A stretch of 64,000 nt of DNA. It comes from Alphaproteobacteria bacterium (GTDB lineage Bacteria; Pseudomonadota; Alphaproteobacteria; Rhodobacterales; Rhodobacteraceae). The notes beneath the pieces are model-generated. The model saw only the letters and a list, made by a program, of their open reading frames with translations, was not told the origin of the DNA and searched no databases. Each line of letters starts with the position of its first letter. The first letter of the stretch is position 1. A program made the position numbers and the translations under genes. Below, one piece after another: positions 1-10,132 of this stretch. The stretch lies in assembly GCA_030429105.1 (NCBI GenBank), contig JAUIDE010000002.1:7896-71895 (forward strand). Reading direction: 5' to 3'.

Positions 1-80
1 CTGAACCCGCCGCCGCCCCCGCCGCCCTTGCTGCGGTTCTTGTTCCCGCGTGAGCGGCCGGATTTCTGCTGAGGTCTCAT
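1..80 (-). CDS. 5' end of a gene running off the left edge. N-terminus MRPQQKSGRSRGNKNRSKGGGGGGGF resembles the basic/Gly-rich start of DUF4167-type proteins.
   Basis: ATG at 78-80 (minus), translated by hand and open to the window edge. Absent from the ORF track because it is truncated. Position downstream of prfA-prmC fits common alphaproteobacterial synteny. Confidence 0.35.
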   Translation of the reverse strand, partial: MRPQQKSGRSRGNKNRSKGGGGGGGF

Positions 81-275
81 AGGTTCGTCTCGGTCGGTTA
101 AGCGCCGTTCCGGTCGCAGCCCATCGGGGCCGATACCGCCGATCCCGACGCGGCTTCGCCGCCGGATCGCCCTTTGCTGTGTGGGTCTCTCTCGTCCGCC
201 CATTCGTGCGGCCCCCGCCGCACCGGACGATCACAAGGTAACCCGCCGCGGCGGCCGCCACAAGCGCAAAAGGAC

Positions 276-1130
276 TCAGGCCTTGCGCCGCCATTCGAGG
301 CACCGGTCCCGCCCGTCCATGTCCCGGTGGAGGATCGGTTCTGGCCATCCATAGGCCGCGAAGATGGCGGAGACTGGCGCCGCCTGGTCAGGCCCGATCT
401 CGAAAAAGGCGCGGCCCCGGCGGCGGAGGAAGGCGGCAAGGTCGGGCGCGATGCGGCGATAGGGGTCGAGCCCGTCTCCCCCCGGCGTGAGGGCGAGGCG
501 CGGCTCATGGTCCCGCACCTCGGGCGCCAGCGCCTCCACCTCCGCCTCGGCGATATAGGGCGGGTTGCAGAGGATCAGGTCGAACCCCTCCTCCAGCCCG
601 TCCAGCCAGTCCCCAATCCGGAGCGCGGCGCGGTGGGTCAGCCCGTGCCGCGCGAGGTTGCGGGCCGCGACGGCGAGCGCGGCGCGGCTCGCGTCGATCC
701 CGAGGCCGGTCGCCTCCGGCAGCTCTGCGAGGATCGTGGCGAGGAGCGCGCCGGAGCCCACCCCGAGGTCCAGCACCTTTCCGGGAGGCGCGGCGTCTTC
801 GGGCTCGGCCAACGCCGCGGCGATCATCGTCTCGGTTTCGGGCCGCGGGTCCAGCACGTCCTTCGTCACCTCGAACCAGCGGCCCCAGAATTCGCGCCCG
901 CCGACGATGTGGGAGAGCGGCGCCCGCCCTGCCCGTCTCGCCAACGCCTCGTCATAGCGCAGCCGCGCGTCAGGCGGCGCGGGCTCGGCGCCGCGTGCGG
1001 CGAGCGCCGCGCCTTCGAGCCCTCCCGCCCAGCGGAGAAGACGCTCAGCATCCCGCGCCGCGCCCTCGACCCCGGCCGACGCAAGGAGCGCGGCGCCGCG
1101 GCGGCGCGCCTCGTCCCAGCTCTCGCTCAC
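276..1130 (-). CDS. prmC: Release-factor glutamine N5-methyltransferase (PrmC/HemK)
   Basis: SAM motif [11 protein letters not shown] and catalytic NPPY (LILCNPPYI). GTG start overlaps the prfA stop (GTGA at 1127-1130). Confidence 0.9.
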   Translation of the reverse strand: MSESWDEARRRGAALLASAGVEGAARDAERLLRWAGGLEGAALAARGAEPAPPDARLRYDEALARRAGRAPLSHIVGGREFWGRWFEVTKDVLDPRPETETMIAAALAEPEDAAPPGKVLDLGVGSGALLATILAELPEATGLGIDASRAALAVAARNLARHGLTHRAALRIGDWLDGLEEGFDLILCNPPYIAEAEVEALAPEVRDHEPRLALTPGGDGLDPYRRIAPDLAAFLRRRGRAFFEIGPDQAAPVSAIFAAYGWPEPILHRDMDGRDRCLEWRRKA

Positions 1131-2182
1131 GGCTCCATCGCCGCGAGGCGCGCCGCCTCGTCCGCCTCCGTCAGCGCGGCGACCACCTCGTCGAGATCGC
1201 CGGCCATGATCTCCGGCAGGCGATAGAGCGTGAGGCCGATGCGATGGTCCGTCACCCTTCCTTGAGGGAAGTTGTAGGTCCGGATGCGCTCCGACCGGTC
1301 GCCGGATCCGACCTGCCCCTTACGGTCGGCGGCGCGGGCCGCGTCGGCCGCGCGGCGCTTCTCGTCGAAGAGCCGCGCACGGAGGATCTCCATCGCCCGC
1401 GCGCGGTTCTGGTGCTGCGACTTCTCCGAGGCGGTGACGACGATGCCGGTCGGGAGATGCGTGATGCGGACGGCGGAATCGGTCGTGTTCACATGCTGGC
1501 CGCCGGCGCCCGAGGCGCGCATCGTGTCGATCCGGATGTCGCCCTCCGCGATCTCGACATCGATCGCCTCTGCCTCCGGCAGGACGGCGACGGTGGCGGC
1601 GGAGGTGTGGATGCGCCCGCCCGACTCCGTCTCCGGCACGCGCTGCACGCGGTGAACCCCGCTCTCGAATTTCAGCGCGGCGAAAGCCCCCTGCCCCCGG
1701 ATCGCGGCGACAAGCTCCTTCAGCCCGCCAAGCTCCGTCTCCGCCTGCTCGACGATCTCCGCCGTCCAGCCGCACCGCTCTGCGAAGCGGGCGTACATGC
1801 GCCACAGCGCGGCGGCGAAAAGCGCGGCCTCCTCCCCCCCGGTTCCGGGGCGTATCTCCAGAATGGCGGGCCGGGAATCCGCGGCGTCGCGCGGGATCAG
1901 CGCGCGGCGCATCGCGGCTTCGAGCGCGGGGCGCGAGGCTTCGAGCGCGGCGATCTCCTCGCGCGCCAGCGGCGCCATCTCCGGGTCCGCCAGCATCGCC
2001 TCGGCCGCGGCGATCTCCTCGTCGAGGCGAAGGAAGGCGGCGGCCTGCTCCGCCACGGGCTTCAGCTCCGCATATTCGCGCGAAAGACTCGCCAGCTCCT
2101 CCGGAGCGAGCGCGGAGGAGAGCTTCGCCTCGAGGAAGCCGAGGCGGCGGACGAGCTGATCGACCTTTTCGCGCTGGATCAT
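1127..2182 (-). CDS. prfA: Peptide chain release factor 1
   Basis: GGQ motif ([23 protein letters not shown]) and RF1-type length. Start placed at [10 protein letters not shown] (ATG 2180-2182) with AGAGGG upstream. An in-frame ATG at 2203 is also possible. Confidence 0.93.
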   Translation of the reverse strand: MIQREKVDQLVRRLGFLEAKLSSALAPEELASLSREYAELKPVAEQAAAFLRLDEEIAAAEAMLADPEMAPLAREEIAALEASRPALEAAMRRALIPRDAADSRPAILEIRPGTGGEEAALFAAALWRMYARFAERCGWTAEIVEQAETELGGLKELVAAIRGQGAFAALKFESGVHRVQRVPETESGGRIHTSAATVAVLPEAEAIDVEIAEGDIRIDTMRASGAGGQHVNTTDSAVRITHLPTGIVVTASEKSQHQNRARAMEILRARLFDEKRRAADAARAADRKGQVGSGDRSERIRTYNFPQGRVTDHRIGLTLYRLPEIMAGDLDEVVAALTEADEAARLAAMEP

Positions 2183-2260
2183 GCGCCCTCTTCGCGCCCG
2201 CATGGGGGCGGGTCAAGGGCGGCCTGTTGCCGTCGGATGCGGCTGTGTTATCCTTCGCGT

Positions 2261-2569
2261 ATGGGACGGATCGCGCTCGCACTCATCCTTCTGGCCGGCC
2301 CCGCGGCGGCGGACCCGATCTTCAAGCGCCCGCCGGCGGCGAAGGGCTATTCCTACCCCGAATGCTACTGCACCAATCGGGGGGAGCGGGTGGAGATGGG
2401 CGAACTCGCGTGCATCCGCATCGGCTCGAACGCCTTCACCGCGCGCTGCGGCATGTCGCAGAACAGCCCGACCTGGCGCAAGGTCGAGGATGGGTGCCCG
2501 CCCCCGGGCGACATCTCCCTCGCGCCTCCCGGACTCCTCGAAGGATCAGAGGCGCGACAGCCAGGCTGA
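2261..2569 (+). CDS. Small secreted Cys-rich protein (102 aa), function unknown
   Basis: Internal start of track ORF 995..2569. Signal peptide MGRIALALILLAGPAAADP, five Cys and GC-rich third codon positions. The 3' end overlaps the convergent gene by 24 nt. Confidence 0.5.
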   Translation: MGRIALALILLAGPAAADPIFKRPPAAKGYSYPECYCTNRGERVEMGELACIRIGSNAFTARCGMSQNSPTWRKVEDGCPPPGDISLAPPGLLEGSEARQPG

Positions 2570-3004
2570 GACTCGCGCGGCGTTGACGCCGAGATCGTCG
2601 AGCCCGAAGCGGGAGCGAGAATGGATGAAGAGCGCGGCGCCGCCGCCCTCCGCAGGAACCGCCTTTACCGAGACATAGTCCGGATAGGCCATGAGCCGCG
2701 TCCGCGCGACGAAGGTCAGGAAACCGTCTTCGTCGGACAGCAGCGTGACGCGCGGCTCCGAGAGCGCGACGTCCCGGAACCGGGCGAGCAGCGAGTTCGG
2801 CGTCTCCGCATAGACGGGCGAGGCCATGTCCGCCCCCTGCCCGCCCGGCTTCACGATGAAGTCGTTCTTCAGATCGCGTTCTACCGCCGTCTCGGGGTCC
2901 TGATGCCAGCGGGCCGGATCGTCCGGCGCGACCCGGACCCAGAGCGCGAAGGCCAGGAAGGCGGTGAGGAGCGCAAGGAGGACCGAGGTCAGCACCCGCC
3001 TCAC
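2546..3004 (-). CDS. DUF1499-like membrane-anchored protein
   Basis: N-terminal TM helix and family-like core ([24 protein letters not shown]). GTG start overlaps the ispG stop (GTGA at 3001-3004). Confidence 0.65.
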   Translation of the reverse strand: MRRVLTSVLLALLTAFLAFALWVRVAPDDPARWHQDPETAVERDLKNDFIVKPGGQGADMASPVYAETPNSLLARFRDVALSEPRVTLLSDEDGFLTFVARTRLMAYPDYVSVKAVPAEGGGAALFIHSRSRFGLDDLGVNAARVSAWLSRL

Positions 3005-4125
3005 TCCGCCGCCTCCATCGGGCGCACGGCGCCCGCCTCGATCTCGGCCGCCCGCTTCTCGACGAGCTCGACGATGTGGTCGATCATCCGTGCGTTGTCC
3101 ATCTTGTGGTCTTGCTTGCCGGCCAGATAGACCATGCCGGAGCCGGCGCCGCCGCCGGTGAAGCCCACATCCGTCATCAGCGCCTCGCCCGGCCCGTTCA
3201 CCACGCAGCCGATGATCGACAGGCTCATCGGCGTCTTGATGTGTTCGAGCCGCTTTTCGAGCGCCGCGACCGTCTTGATGACGTCGAAGCCCTGCCGCGC
3301 GCAGGACGGGCAGGAGATGATGTTCACGCCGCGATGGCGAAGGCCGAGCGCCTTCAGGATCTCGAAGCCGATCTTCACCTCCTCCACCGGATCGGCGGAG
3401 AGGGAGACTCGGATCGTGTCGCCGATCCCCATCCAGAGCAGGAAGCCGAGGCCGATTGCGGATTTCACGGAGCCGGAGACGAACCCGCCCGCCTCCGTGA
3501 TGCCTAGGTGGATCGGCGCGTCCGTCGCTTCCGCGAGGCCCTGATATGCGGCGGCGGCGAGGAAGACGTCGGAGGCCTTCACGCTGATCTTGAATTCGTG
3601 GAAGTCGTTATCCTGAAGGATGCGGATATGATCGAGCCCGCTCTCGATCATCGCCTCCGGGCAGGGCTCCCCGTATTTCTCGAGGAGGTGCTTTTCGAGG
3701 CTCCCGGCGTTGACGCCGATGCGGATGGAGCAGCCATGATCCTTCGCCGCGCGGATGACCTCGCGCACCCGCTCGGCGGAACCGATATTGCCTGGGTTTA
3801 TCCGGAGGCAGGCCGCGCCCGCCTCCGCCGCCTCAATCGCCCTGCGATAGTGGAAATGGATGTCGGCGACGATCGGAACCGGGCTCTCGCGCACGATCTC
3901 CCGCAGCGCGGCGGTCGACCCCTCGTCCGGGCAGGAGACGCGCACGATGTCCGCCCCCGCCTCCGCGCAGGCGAGGATCTGCGCGATGGTCGCCTTCGCG
4001 TCTGTCGTCAGCGTGTTGGTCATGGTCTGGACGGAAATCGGCGCTCCGCCCCCGACCTCGACGGAGCCGACGCGGATCCGGCGGGAGGGGCGGCGCGCGA
4101 TGTCGCGCCAGGGGCGAATGCTCAT
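3001..4125 (-). CDS. ispG: 4-hydroxy-3-methylbut-2-en-1-yl diphosphate synthase (IspG/GcpE)
   Basis: 374 aa with typical IspG blocks ([34 protein letters not shown]). Confidence 0.95.
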   Translation of the reverse strand: MSIRPWRDIARRPSRRIRVGSVEVGGGAPISVQTMTNTLTTDAKATIAQILACAEAGADIVRVSCPDEGSTAALREIVRESPVPIVADIHFHYRRAIEAAEAGAACLRINPGNIGSAERVREVIRAAKDHGCSIRIGVNAGSLEKHLLEKYGEPCPEAMIESGLDHIRILQDNDFHEFKISVKASDVFLAAAAYQGLAEATDAPIHLGITEAGGFVSGSVKSAIGLGFLLWMGIGDTIRVSLSADPVEEVKIGFEILKALGLRHRGVNIISCPSCARQGFDVIKTVAALEKRLEHIKTPMSLSIIGCVVNGPGEALMTDVGFTGGGAGSGMVYLAGKQDHKMDNARMIDHIVELVEKRAAEIEAGAVRPMEAAE

Positions 4126-4197
4126 CGGAGGCTCCGATACTGTCTCGCCGTCAGAGATATTGCCCGGCGCGCGCGATGTCCACCGCGGCTGGCACGG

Positions 4198-5475
4198 TCA
4201 CTCGGAGCGGAGCGCCACGGCTCCGGGTGCGCTCTCCGCGGCCTCCTCCACCGTCGCCGCCGCCGGACGCGGCGACGCCGCCACGTGCGGAGCGAGGGGG
4301 AAGGCGGCGCGAACGGCGTCCGGCAGGAGGTTCACCCGCCGCGCCACGTCCGGGCCGGAGCCGAGCGGCCCGAAGGCGGCTCCGTCGACGAGGATATATA
4401 CGGCGCCGGCGTTGCCCGCGCGCAGTTCGGGCTCCTCAGCGCCTTCGGGCAGGCTGAACCGCTCGCCGGGCCCGAGAATGCCGGTGAAGAGCGTGCGCCG
4501 CTCCCCGTCGCGGACCCGGATCCACGCGTCTTCCAGCGCGAGAACGTCGACTCCGCGCATCGGCGCCCCGCCCTGGTCCTGCGCGATCGGCGGCTCCGCG
4601 CCGTCGTCCGCCGCGGCGATCATTACTTCAGGCGCAGGTTCGGCGGACGCGACCGTGGCCGCGATCGCCGAAGGCGCCGCGGTCAGCGCCGGCTCCGCCG
4701 CCGGCAAGGCGAAGACGCCGGCGCGGCGCGGGTCGATGGAGGAGATCGGGCCGTCCCTCGGAGTGGGCGCGGGGGGCGGCGGCGCTTCCTGTGCGGCGTA
4801 GATCGCCGCCAGGCTCACCCGCGGCGTCGCTTCCGGCGAGGCGGCCGGCGCTCCGGCGAAGCCGCCCTCGGCCGGGTTCGGCAGTTCGGGGGCGGCCACG
4901 AGCACCTCGGGCGCCGTCGGCAGCGGCGCGAAGCCGAGGCGCTGCAGATCCTGAAGCAGGGACCATCCGCCATAGCCGAGGCCGATGACGAGCGCCCCGA
5001 GGGCCGCCACCGATCCGAGGCCGCGAAGGCCGACCGCGAAGGCGCGGCGCTCCTGCGCCCGGTTCGCTGCGAGGAAGCGGGTAGAGATGGCGGCCGCGGC
5101 CGGCCTGGCGGTCTGGGCGGGAGCCGACGCAACCTGTGGGCGAGCGGCGGCCAGCACCTCCCGCGGGTCCACGCTCTGCGTCGGCGCGACGCCGGCGAAC
5201 CCGGATTCCTCCCGGAAGCGGCGATAGACATCGTCCTCGTCGAGGCCGAGGTAGCGGGCGTAGGCGCGTACATAGCCAGCCGCGAAACCGGCGAAAGGAA
5301 AGGCGGAGGCGTCCGCATCCTCGATCGCCGCAAGATAGTCGGCGCGGATGCGAAGGTCGCGCTGGACGTCCAGAAGCGACTTGCCGAGCGAGGCGCGCTC
5401 CCCGCGCAACTCGTCTCCTAGCTTCAACTCATACGAATCGAAGCCGCGCAACCCGGGATGATGCTCGCTCCCCAT
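4198..5475 (-). CDS. RodZ-like protein: HTH, Pro/Ala-rich linker with TM segment, DUF4115-like C-terminus
   Basis: N-terminal HTH-like LGDELRGERASLGKSLLDVQRDLRIRADYLAAIE, one hydrophobic segment (VAALGALVIGLGYGGW) and a C-terminal beta-rich domain. Position next to ispG is conserved for rodZ. Confidence 0.7.
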   Translation of the reverse strand: MGSEHHPGLRGFDSYELKLGDELRGERASLGKSLLDVQRDLRIRADYLAAIEDADASAFPFAGFAAGYVRAYARYLGLDEDDVYRRFREESGFAGVAPTQSVDPREVLAAARPQVASAPAQTARPAAAAISTRFLAANRAQERRAFAVGLRGLGSVAALGALVIGLGYGGWSLLQDLQRLGFAPLPTAPEVLVAAPELPNPAEGGFAGAPAASPEATPRVSLAAIYAAQEAPPPPAPTPRDGPISSIDPRRAGVFALPAAEPALTAAPSAIAATVASAEPAPEVMIAAADDGAEPPIAQDQGGAPMRGVDVLALEDAWIRVRDGERRTLFTGILGPGERFSLPEGAEEPELRAGNAGAVYILVDGAAFGPLGSGPDVARRVNLLPDAVRAAFPLAPHVAASPRPAAATVEEAAESAPGAVALRSE

Positions 5476-5778
5476 GCCCGATTCCGACGCCTCTCCACAG
5501 CCAAGCGTGCCTTAGGGCGAACGCTGCCCCCCCGCAAGCGCCCGTGAGTCAAATTAGCATGAAACGAACGGAAACCCACCCGCGAAAACCGGCTTCCGCC
5601 AACCGTTTCCGCGACGATGATGATACGAGAGCATTAACAGGCGGTAACCAAAGGCCCGACTTCGCGCATGGCGCGCATCCGGCCGCGATTGCGGGCGGCG
5701 GGGCCGGTTTACGCGCCCGCAGGGTGATCCGGAAGGCGACGACAGACGTATTCGAGAGAGAATCACCACGGGCGGAAA

Positions 5779-6576
5779 ATGGACCCGATCGACCTCTATC
5801 TCTCCGCGCTCGCACTCGGCCTCGGCGTGTTCGTCGCGCTCTGGCCGGTCAGTCTCCTGCGGCGGGACGCCAGCGTGGTGGACGCGTGGTGGGGCCCCGG
5901 CTTCCTCGCCGGGCTGGCGCTCGTCTGGTCGCTTTCAGGCGCGCCGGACCACGCGCGCGCAGTGCTTCTCCTCGCGCTTGTCGGCGCATGGTCGCTCCGG
6001 CTCGGCTTCGTCCTCATGCGCCGGCGGCTGGCCGAAGGCGAGGAAGACGCGCGCTATCGCGACATCAGGAAGAGCTGGGGGCTCGCCTTCTGGTGGAAAA
6101 GCCTGTTCATCGTCTTCGTGCTCCAGGGCGTGCTTCAGTTCCTCGTCGCCCTCGCACCGCTTGCCGGCCTGTTAGCCGCACCGGCGCCGCTCGGCGTGCT
6201 CGGAATCGCCGGCGCGACCCTCGCGCTCCTCGGCCTTGCGGTCGAAACGCAGGCGGACCGGGAACTGGATCGGTTCAAGGCGACGGCCCAGGCCGGCGCA
6301 CTGCTGACCACCGGGCTGCGCGCGCATGTGCGCCACCCGAACTATGCCGGGGAGATCGCCTTCTGGTGGGGGATATGGTTGATCGCGGCGGAGGCGGGCG
6401 CATGGTGGGCGGTTCTCTCCCCACTCCTGCTGACCTTACTCCTCGTGAAGGTCTCGGGCGCGGCGATGACCGGGGATCATCTTCGCCGTTCCAAGCCCGG
6501 CTACGCCGAGTGGGCGGCGCGAACGCCCGCCTTTCTGCCGGGTCTCCGCCGGAAAACGAGGATGCCGGCGGAGTGA
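5779..6576 (+). CDS. DUF1295 / steroid-5-alpha-reductase-like membrane protein
   Basis: Multi-TM protein with the characteristic RHPNYAGEIAFWWGIW motif. Confidence 0.8.
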   Translation: MDPIDLYLSALALGLGVFVALWPVSLLRRDASVVDAWWGPGFLAGLALVWSLSGAPDHARAVLLLALVGAWSLRLGFVLMRRRLAEGEEDARYRDIRKSWGLAFWWKSLFIVFVLQGVLQFLVALAPLAGLLAAPAPLGVLGIAGATLALLGLAVETQADRELDRFKATAQAGALLTTGLRAHVRHPNYAGEIAFWWGIWLIAAEAGAWWAVLSPLLLTLLLVKVSGAAMTGDHLRRSKPGYAEWAARTPAFLPGLRRKTRMPAE

Positions 6577-6592
6577 CCGCGGCGCGGGGCGG

Positions 6593-7207
6593 TCACGTCT
6601 TTCGGAGCACGACCACATCCGCGCCCATTCCGCGCGCACGGATATGGTCGCCATATTCGCGGCTTACGATCTCAAGCTTCCCCGCCTCCTCCAGGGTCCT
6701 GAGCCGGGCCTCATGCGCGCCGTCAGCGATGGTGAAGTCGTTGAGCGAGAAACACATCAATCCGCCGGGCGCGAGAAGCCGCAGGCACTGGTCGAGCGCC
6801 TCGGGCGGCGCCAGGCCGGGCGCAAGCACGCCGACGGCGACGATCGCCGCATAGGCGCCGGCCGGGGCCGTCAACGGCCTGTCCGGCTCGATCTGGCGCA
6901 GCACGCGGTACGTGTCCCGCACCTCGGCCCTGCGGATCATCTCGGCGGACGGGTCCCATCCGTCGATCACCGCAAAGCCTTCCGCCCGGAGCGCGACGCC
7001 CGAAAGGCCGGTCCCGCAGCCGAGGTCGAGCACCGGGCGGCTGCGTTCCGCGGTCGCGGCGGCGAGCGCGAGGGCGCAGCGCCGCGGCGTCACATAGCCG
7101 TTTTCAGCCAGTTCCTCGTCGTAAGATTCAGCCCACGCATCGTAGAAGCGTTCCGCTTCCAGACCGGGCCCATGCTTGTACGCATCGTCAAGAAACTTCT
7201 TGACCAT
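6593..7207 (-). CDS. Class I SAM-dependent methyltransferase
   Basis: Motif I VLDLGCGTGLSG. Start set at ATG 7205-7207 (MVKKFLDD). The track start at 7261 is a TTG overlapping the trmFO stop and remains possible. Confidence 0.7.
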   Translation of the reverse strand: MVKKFLDDAYKHGPGLEAERFYDAWAESYDEELAENGYVTPRRCALALAAATAERSRPVLDLGCGTGLSGVALRAEGFAVIDGWDPSAEMIRRAEVRDTYRVLRQIEPDRPLTAPAGAYAAIVAVGVLAPGLAPPEALDQCLRLLAPGGLMCFSLNDFTIADGAHEARLRTLEEAGKLEIVSREYGDHIRARGMGADVVVLRKT

Positions 7208-7257
7208 CACACCCCCGAACGCCCCCACTACGACAGTCGTCTCAGGCTCCGCCTCTG

Positions 7258-8610
7258 TCAATTCTCAAAGACACAATTCCACCGCATGAAGGCCTCTTTC
7301 GCCCTTGTCGTGTAAAGGCTTTTCCGGCTCGCCTTGCCGCGGCGCCCGCCCGGCGCCGCCTCGGGCGGCGGGAAGAGGCCGAAATTCACGTTCATCGGCT
7401 GGAACGTCTCCGCCTCCGCCCCGCCCGTGATATGGGCGAGGAGCGCTCCGTGCGCCGTTTCGGGCGGCGGCGGCGGCAGGCTCCGCCCGAGCCGTTCCGC
7501 AGCCGCGAGCCGGCCGGCCAGCCCCCCCATCGCCGCGCTTTCGACGTAGCCCTCGACGCCGGTGATCTGCCCCGCGAATCTCAACCGCGGCGCAGCGCGG
7601 AGTCGCATCTCCCCGTCGAGCACGCGGGGAGAATTGAGGAACGTGTTCCGGTGGATGCCCCCCAGCCGGGCGAACCGCGCCTCCTCCAGCCCCGGAATGA
7701 GGGACAATGCCTCGGCTTGCGCCGCATACTTCATCTTCGTCTGGAAGCCGACGATGTTGAAGAGCGTGCCGAGCGCATTGTCCCGCCGGAGCTGGACGAC
7801 CGCATGCGGCTTCTCCCCCGGCGCATGGGGGTTGGTGAGACCAACTGGCTTCATCGGCCCGTGCCTCAGCGTCTCCCGCCCCCGCGCGGCCATGACCTCG
7901 ATAGGCAGGCATCCTTCGAAATAGGGCGTGTCCTTCTCCCACTCGCGAAATTCGGAGACGGGCGCGGCGAGGAGGGCGTCGATGAAGCGGTCGTATTCCT
8001 CCCGGCTCATGGGGCAGTTGAGATAGGCCGTCCGCTCCGCCTCGCTCTCCCCCTTGTCGTAGCGGGACTGGAACCAGGCCTTCTCCATGTTCACGCTGTC
8101 GGCGTAGACGATCGGCGCGATGGCGTCGAAGAAGGCGAGGCTCTCCTCCCCCGTCAGCGAACGGATCGCCTCCGCCAGCGCAGGCGAGGTGAGCGGACCG
8201 GTGGCGACGATGACGGAGGACCACTCCGCCGGCGGCAGGCCGGCGACCTCGCCGCGCTCGACCCGGATCAGGGGATGAGCCTCGATCCGCGCGGTGACCT
8301 CGGCGGAGAACCGGTCCCTGTCCACCGCGAGCGCGCCGCCGGCGGGCAGCTTCGCCTCCGCGGCCGCGGCCATGACGAGCGAGCCCGCCGCGCGCATCTC
8401 CCAGTGCAGGAGGCCGACGGCGTTCGATTCGTCGTCATCCGAGCGGAAGGAATTGGAGCAGACGAGTTCGGCCAGCCCCTCGGTCCGGTGCGCCTCGGTC
8501 CCGCGGAGGGGGCGCATTTCGTGAAGGATGACCGGCACGCCCGCCTCCGCCGCCGCCCAGGCGGCCTCCGAGCCCGCCATGCCGCCGCCGATGATGTGGA
8601 TCGGCTCCAT
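7258..8610 (-). CDS. trmFO: Methylenetetrahydrofolate--tRNA-(uracil-5-)-methyltransferase TrmFO (Gid)
   Basis: FAD dinucleotide fold [18 protein letters not shown] and TrmFO-length body. ATG 8608-8610 is preceded by AAGGAGGG. The longer track ORF (to 8883) has a non-homologous Arg/Ala-rich extension. Confidence 0.9.
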   Translation of the reverse strand: MEPIHIIGGGMAGSEAAWAAAEAGVPVILHEMRPLRGTEAHRTEGLAELVCSNSFRSDDDESNAVGLLHWEMRAAGSLVMAAAAEAKLPAGGALAVDRDRFSAEVTARIEAHPLIRVERGEVAGLPPAEWSSVIVATGPLTSPALAEAIRSLTGEESLAFFDAIAPIVYADSVNMEKAWFQSRYDKGESEAERTAYLNCPMSREEYDRFIDALLAAPVSEFREWEKDTPYFEGCLPIEVMAARGRETLRHGPMKPVGLTNPHAPGEKPHAVVQLRRDNALGTLFNIVGFQTKMKYAAQAEALSLIPGLEEARFARLGGIHRNTFLNSPRVLDGEMRLRAAPRLRFAGQITGVEGYVESAAMGGLAGRLAAAERLGRSLPPPPPETAHGALLAHITGGAEAETFQPMNVNFGLFPPPEAAPGGRRGKASRKSLYTTRAKEAFMRWNCVFEN

Positions 8611-8740
8611 GCCGCCCTCCTTAACGCTCTCTTCGCGGGGCGACATGTAGCCTCCCCGCGCCGCCCGCGCGAGGGCGCCGTCGCGCCATGAGGCCGCCGC
8701 ATTGCCGGGGCAAGGCGTCTGACGAACACGGGGGGTCCGG

Positions 8741-8899
8741 ATGAGAGGCAAGGCTGGCCTGACATTGATCGCGCTCTTCTGCGCCGCCGCGGCGGCGAGC
8801 GCGCTCTGGAGCGCCTTCGCCGGCGGGCCAGAGGCGGAGCGTCTGGCGCGCGAAGGCGGCGCCGCCTTCCTCCTGTCCCGCATTCTCCCCGGCGCCTGA
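8741..8899 (+). CDS. Possible 52-aa small membrane/secreted protein (below the track's length cut-off)
   Basis: Hand-translated: [52 protein letters not shown]. Hydrophobic N-terminus and GC-rich third positions. It lies in an otherwise empty 300-nt gap. Confidence 0.25.
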   Translation: MRGKAGLTLIALFCAAAAASALWSAFAGGPEAERLAREGGAAFLLSRILPGA

Positions 8900-8909
8900 A
8901 CCCGACAGG

Positions 8910-9743
8910 TCAGGTTTTTCGGATCATGCAGGTCGCGCCCGCGCGGCGGATGCGGAGGCAGAGCTTCTGCGCCTCGGCCCGCGTCTCGGCCCCGAGGATG
9001 GCGAGGTAGCGGGGCCCGGCGCTCTTCCGCGGGGCGCGGATCACCGTCATCTCCGCCGCATCGATGGCCCCGCGCGCCGCGCGGCGCGCCCGGTCGAAGG
9101 CGATATGCGCCGCCCTTGCGTTCCGCCCCCCGGCGACGACGACGCCCCAGGCGGGTCGCGGTGCGGCGCGGGTCTCCATCACGGGCAGCTTCGCACAGTC
9201 CGCCTCGAACGGGCCGGGGCCGAGCGGCCGGGGGCCGACCTCGGCTCCCTTGCGCAGGAAATAGGCCGCAGGCTGGCCGGTTATCGAGAGAACATAGTCC
9301 TGGGTCTCCGCCGGCAGCCCGCCCCGCCCCGTCCGCCAGCGCGCCACCCGGTCCGGCCCGCCATTATAGGCGGCGGCGGCGAGGCCCCAGTTGCCGAAGG
9401 CGGCGCGTAGATCGGCGAGAAAGTCGGCCGAGGCGGGGATGGCCTGTTCCGGGTCGAACGGATCGGCCAGCCCCCGCTCTCGCGCCGTATACGGCATGAA
9501 CTGCGCCACGCCCTGCGCGCCGACAGGGGAGACGGCCTCGACGTCGAACCGGCTCTCCTTCCAGATCAGGCGCGCGAAATAGTCCTTAGGCAGGCCGCGG
9601 CGTTCGGCGTTGGCGGCGATGAGGGCGCAGAGGCCGGCCGGAGAGGCCGGGTCATGGCGGACGGGCCATGAGGGCTCCTCCACGCCGGTATAGGCGTGCG
9701 CCGAGGAGGCGAGAAGGACGAGAGCCAGGCCCGTCGCCCTCAC
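8910..9743 (-). CDS. Lytic transglycosylase (SLT domain) with a SPOR-like C-terminal domain
   Basis: SLT catalytic block IWKESRFD...[10 protein letters not shown]...AYNGGP and signal peptide [20 protein letters not shown] start at 9741-9743 overlaps the stop of the upstream VOC gene (GTGA). Confidence 0.78.
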   Translation of the reverse strand: MRATGLALVLLASSAHAYTGVEEPSWPVRHDPASPAGLCALIAANAERRGLPKDYFARLIWKESRFDVEAVSPVGAQGVAQFMPYTARERGLADPFDPEQAIPASADFLADLRAAFGNWGLAAAAYNGGPDRVARWRTGRGGLPAETQDYVLSITGQPAAYFLRKGAEVGPRPLGPGPFEADCAKLPVMETRAAPRPAWGVVVAGGRNARAAHIAFDRARRAARGAIDAAEMTVIRAPRKSAGPRYLAILGAETRAEAQKLCLRIRRAGATCMIRKT

Positions 9744-10132
9744 GCCCGGCTCCGCTGAAGGAGGTCCCACCGGTTGCCGGAGAGATCGCGGAACACGGCG
9801 ACACGGCCATAAGGCTCGTCCCGCGGCGCCTCCTCGAACTCGACTCCGGCGGCGAGCATCCGGGCGTGATCCGCCGCGAAATCGTCGGTTTCGAGGAAGA
9901 AGGCCACGCGCCCTCCGGCCGCCCTGCCCATCGCCGCGCGCTGATCCTCGCTCGCCGCCTCGGCGAGGAGAATGTCGGCGCCGCCGCCGGGCGGGCTCAT
10001 GACGACCCAACGGCCGCCCGCCGCGCGCGGCGCGTCCTCCGTCAGCGTGAAACCGAGCGCATTGACGAACCACAGAATGGCCGGATCATAGGCCTCGACG
10101 ACGATCGCGACGAGAGCGAGCCTCCCGCTCAC
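9740..10132 (-). CDS. VOC (glyoxalase/bleomycin-resistance/dioxygenase) family protein
   Basis: About 130 aa with VOC-like beta-alpha-beta pattern (FVNALGF...FFLETDDF...GNRWDL). GTG start at 10130-10132 overlaps the gyrA stop (GTGA). Confidence 0.7.
   Translation of the reverse strand: MSGRLALVAIVVEAYDPAILWFVNALGFTLTEDAPRAAGGRWVVMSPPGGGADILLAEAASEDQRAAMGRAAGGRVAFFLETDDFAADHARMLAAGVEFEEAPRDEPYGRVAVFRDLSGNRWDLLQRSRA

Noticed and set aside
5476-5778. 300-nt divergent intergenic region scanned for a riboswitch, sRNA or small ORF
   Set aside because: The track ORFs here (88 and 71 aa, minus) are Arg/Ser-rich with no SD. I recognise no riboswitch core or strong terminator. This is most simply two divergent promoters.
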